Origin: Eutreptiella sp. 'Long Island Sound 2002'
Lineage: Eukaryota; Protista; Euglenida
Assembly (NCBI GenBank): GCA_964036045.1
Contig: OZ038378.1
Location: forward strand, 183,706,001 to 183,770,000
Direction of reading: 5' to 3'
DNA length: 64,000 nucleotides
Made by a program: the position numbers and the translations under genes. The stretch's first letter is position 1, and each line of letters starts with the position of its first letter. Shown here piece after piece: positions 60,481 through 64,000 of this stretch. The notes under the pieces were generated by a model that had not been told where the DNA came from, made no database searches, and saw only the letters and a program-made list of their open reading frames with translations.

Positions 60481-62303
60481 GCAAAGTCATCATTCCTCAT
60501 TAGTGGGGCCCATGGGGGGGGGGGGGGGATTGGAAGAGATGGAGATAGAGAACCCGGGGCCTAATTGATGCTGCATGGCTCCCCATGGGTTTATATGTGC
60601 TCCCAGTATCACCAAATGATCACCCAACAACCCCAACAACGGGGGGTATGTTGCTTTCACGCTTACGCTTGATCTAACAACCCTCTTTGAGGTGATTTGT
60701 CCTCCCGAGGAGTTGTTGTCTGACCTGGGGTCCTCCTCAAAAACGGTCTTTTCGAAAGCATCACTGTCTGATCCCTCTCCCTCCTCAGCTACCCATGTGG
60801 CCCCTGCGAACTCCGCTGTCTGGAGTAATTCAGTTCATCTCTGGGTCCCAACACCCACAGCGCAAGCCAAGGGGTCTGGAAGGTGCAGGGTTGGGTTGGG
60901 TTGGGGCAGGGCCTCATACAGGGGCAGGCTCCCAGGTCGCAGCTTCCTTCCCTGCCTAGCACTAGGACCAAACCGCCCACTGTCTGGTTCCAAAGCCGAG
61001 CAGACTGTGGACAGCCCCCTCAAGGGCGTGGGAAGGGAAGGGGCATTTTTGAACCCCCCTTAATGCCGAGCATTGAGAACACAGGCAATCGGGGTAACAA
61101 CCCATTTCCAATTCACAGCAAAAGAAATAGTCACAAACAAATAACCGTTGTTGCCCCCAGACCCCCACCCCCCCCCTACCCTGTGTGCTTTGGGACGCAG
61201 TTGGAGTATGCCTCCTCCCCCCCTTTGTTCAAAAAAAATAGGTTTCAGAACCAAATAAACACAGGTGGGGAGGTGTGAGGGCCAAAAAAAATGAAAAATG
61301 GGGTAAAACATCAGTACTGCTCGGATCCTAAATGAAATACTAAAAATAGGTAAAATCATGATCCCAAACCCCTAAAACTAGCCCTTTGCCCCCCGAAAGC
61401 TAATTTGGCCAAAATGGAAATGAACAAAAATGAGTGAGACACACCACATTACTATATTGGATGTATATGGGGATGGTGTGGGTTTTTTGGGGGGTAAACC
61501 TCTTCTTTTTCGTACCTTGGGTAGGATCCTACAAACAGCGATGACCCTACTGTTAACCCTTGGTGCCCCTTGGTGGGCCCCAATACTATATCCCAACGAT
61601 CTAAAAGCCTTCTAAAACGTGCCTTTTGGAGTGCTTCAACCCCAAAATAGGAGGGGTTCCTGGTTTGTCTCAAAAACCCCACCTAATAGTGAGGGGGTGG
61701 GGGGATGAGGGGCAAGAACGGTAAATCATTAAATAAATTCCAATCGATCCCTCAATCACTGACGCGGCTCATCTGGATCAGAGTTGAAAATACCACTCCT
61801 CCCCATTGGCGTAGGTTGGGGGGTCTGGAAGGGGGTCCGACCCTACATGTAAATGCCCCCCTAGTGTGTGCCTCAGGTGGGGCTACAAAATCTGCATGAT
61901 GGATCCCCGGTCGTTGCGCTGGCAGGCAGGGGGATGGGGGTGGGGGAATAATTGAGGCCCATTCGACTTAAGATTTCAGATAAAAACCCTGTATCACCAG
62001 GGTACCAGGGCACGCATTACCATGATAACTGCGCCCCCGAAACGGTACATATTCCATCTGACATCCGCTGTGCATTTCATAATGCTCATATGTTTCCTGG
62101 TGCAAAGCCTGGTGCAAAATCAGAGCTCCAAGGGGGAGTTCGTAATGGCCAATGTGATTGGCGCAGTCCCGCTTGGAGACTTCTTTCACACCATGAGTGA
62201 CAGCCGTGGCATTATCAGGTTGGATCTAATGCCCTTATGGAAAGACCGTATAGGGAGGTGCACACCAGCAAGAGAGCAGTGACAGCAGCAAGGCATGGCA
62301 AAC

Positions 62304-62485
62304 CTGTGACTCGCTGATGAGGACATACAAGTGGGCGGGCATACACCAATTGGTGGTGTCCCTGCCAATCTGCAAGGAAATCGGTGTGCTCAATGAAGCC
62401 ACTGATGGGGCTGTTCATACTATATTCTGCAATATTGCAAAGCGGCTCCATATTTGGTGAACGCTCCCTCGGTTCACCTCCACAG
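62304..62485 (-). CDS. Next exon of the ATP-grasp ligase (C-terminal domain)
   Basis: gcgcacag|C ... G|gtttgc, phase 2/1. (S)CGGEPRE...NIAEYSMNSPISGFIEHTDFLADWQGH...YARPLV. Confidence 0.75.
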
Positions 62486-62970
62486 CTGTGCGCGGAAAAC
62501 AGGCGAACGGGCGCAGGCAAGGACAACTGCGAAACGGCACACCAGCACAGCAAAGGTCTTATTGAAAGCACCAGCAACACCATCCATGACGCTGAACTGA
62601 CTCTTAATCGATGTCTTTCGGCCAATAGGACTGCATACTCCCCTACGCCGCTGTGGGACAGCCCCCGAAGCAAGCACTTCAGTGTTCTCAAACCGCGAGA
62701 TGCAAAAGCATCGCCTGAGCGACCCAGCCTTTGCCTGCACCAGGCCCTGCACTGGCGTACCAAAGGCATGCATGGGGACACAGCGGTGCCATATGGGCAA
62801 GGTAATCCACATGAGTGCACAGATTATCACACAGAGGCACAGAGGGGCACTACAGGGGTGCGCAGGGATACAAGGGGTACACAGTGGGGCACAAAGACAG
62901 CACAGCAATACAGAGTGGTATACAACAAAAGGGCACCAAGATATTGAAATATTTCGGGGATGAACACAAC

Positions 62971-63131
62971 CTGAGGATCATCTGTTCCACCACCAGATCC
63001 ACTCCCCAGACCAGCTGGTTGATGAGGTGCACAGGACCTCCTCCCATGCGGCAATTCACTTCGATGATCCGCGGCCCATGTGTAGTGTATTTTCCTTCGA
63101 CATGAAATACTCCCATTGTCAGACCAAGGGC
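62971..63131 (-). CDS. Exon of a carnosine-synthase-like ATP-grasp ligase (5' part beyond the window)
   Basis: caaacag|GCC ... AG|gttgtg. ALGLTMGVFHVEGKYTTHGPRIIEVNCRMGGG...WGVDLVVEQ carries the ATP-grasp E-x-N-x-R motif. Confidence 0.85.
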
Positions 63132-64000
63132 CTGTTTGCAGAAGCAAGTGCAAGCACCAACGGTTCGGGCTGGGGTACACTGGGGTATGCTCCAGGCTGT
63201 GGGCATGTAACCCCCAACTTGCAAAGACAACAACACATCAACTGACCCAAATCTCATTTGGCTTGAAAGCTGGCAACGGGTCTTCTTCCTGGAGGACATG
63301 TGTGCTGGGCTGAGTAAAATTAAGGGCGGGCCGTGTGGCCTCGGCGATTATTTTTGTTTTTGGGGTTCAGGCCATGGCAAGAACCCTGCTCACTAGAATG
63401 CACTCGAGAAATCTCTCGGAATCAAGGATCATAGCTGTCCGATGCTATGATTGTCCCACAACGTGATGTGGTAGCGGACATGACACGTAGTGAGGATAAC
63501 CTGCTTCTGATACCAGGAAATGCAGTGGGAACTGCCACGCCTGTAGGCATCCAAGTGTGCTACTGGAGCACAAGAAAGACTGAAGGCTGAGTTGAAACAG
63601 CGGTGTGCCTTCCTTGTGGCCTTGGCGGGTATTTACTGTGGAGCCCTGGAAATACCTTTATGTAGAGAAAGATTGACGCTACGGGTTGACAACCTCCAAT
63701 TGTCTGTTGTTTCATGCACGAGGATACAAATGCTCTGTGGGACTGGGCTCAGCTAATGGCTGACAGGTGCACCTGTAAACCCCACCTCAAATCAGAGGAT
63801 AGAAGACTTTTCTCTTATTAAAAACGCCAACCCATCCCCCTGTTCAATCTGCCCCCAGCAGTGTCTCTGTAGTACACAAATATCAACGTCCGATATCACC
63901 ACCACCTGACCTCGGGCAACAGTGGCACAGCAGGATCTCTTGCCCATAACCCCCCATCAGATCTCGGACTAGGGGGAGCATCTGCACAGCACTGCACTCC

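Overview
Eukaryotic nuclear DNA that is repeat-rich and gene-poor, with many G/C homopolymer runs. It is probably from a photosynthetic euglenid such as Eutreptiella or a relative; this is inferred from a class I-type plastid presequence, not from a database search. Three host genes are recognisable. (1) A C-terminal exon of a P4-type flippase ATPase (+, 2658-2954). (2) A 15-exon gene (+, 16708-44583, 657 aa, all introns GT-AG and phase-consistent) encoding an EEP (CCR4/nocturnin-like) phosphoesterase with two inserted EF-hands and a predicted plastid-targeting presequence. (3) Three exons of a carnosine-synthase-like ATP-grasp ligase (-, 59695-63131). The rest is mobile or repetitive DNA: a decayed intronless OTU/PHD/SH3-like/J-domain polyprotein (about 9.1-11.7 kb), a 3.3-kb TIR element with a 10-bp TSD that carries 30 copies of a 99-bp repeat with 8-mer higher-order structure, several hAT-type MITEs, a Ty3/Gypsy integrase fragment, possible KDZ/CxC remnants and degenerate satellites. 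No CRISPR array, rRNA or tRNA was seen. All family assignments come from motif recognition by eye.
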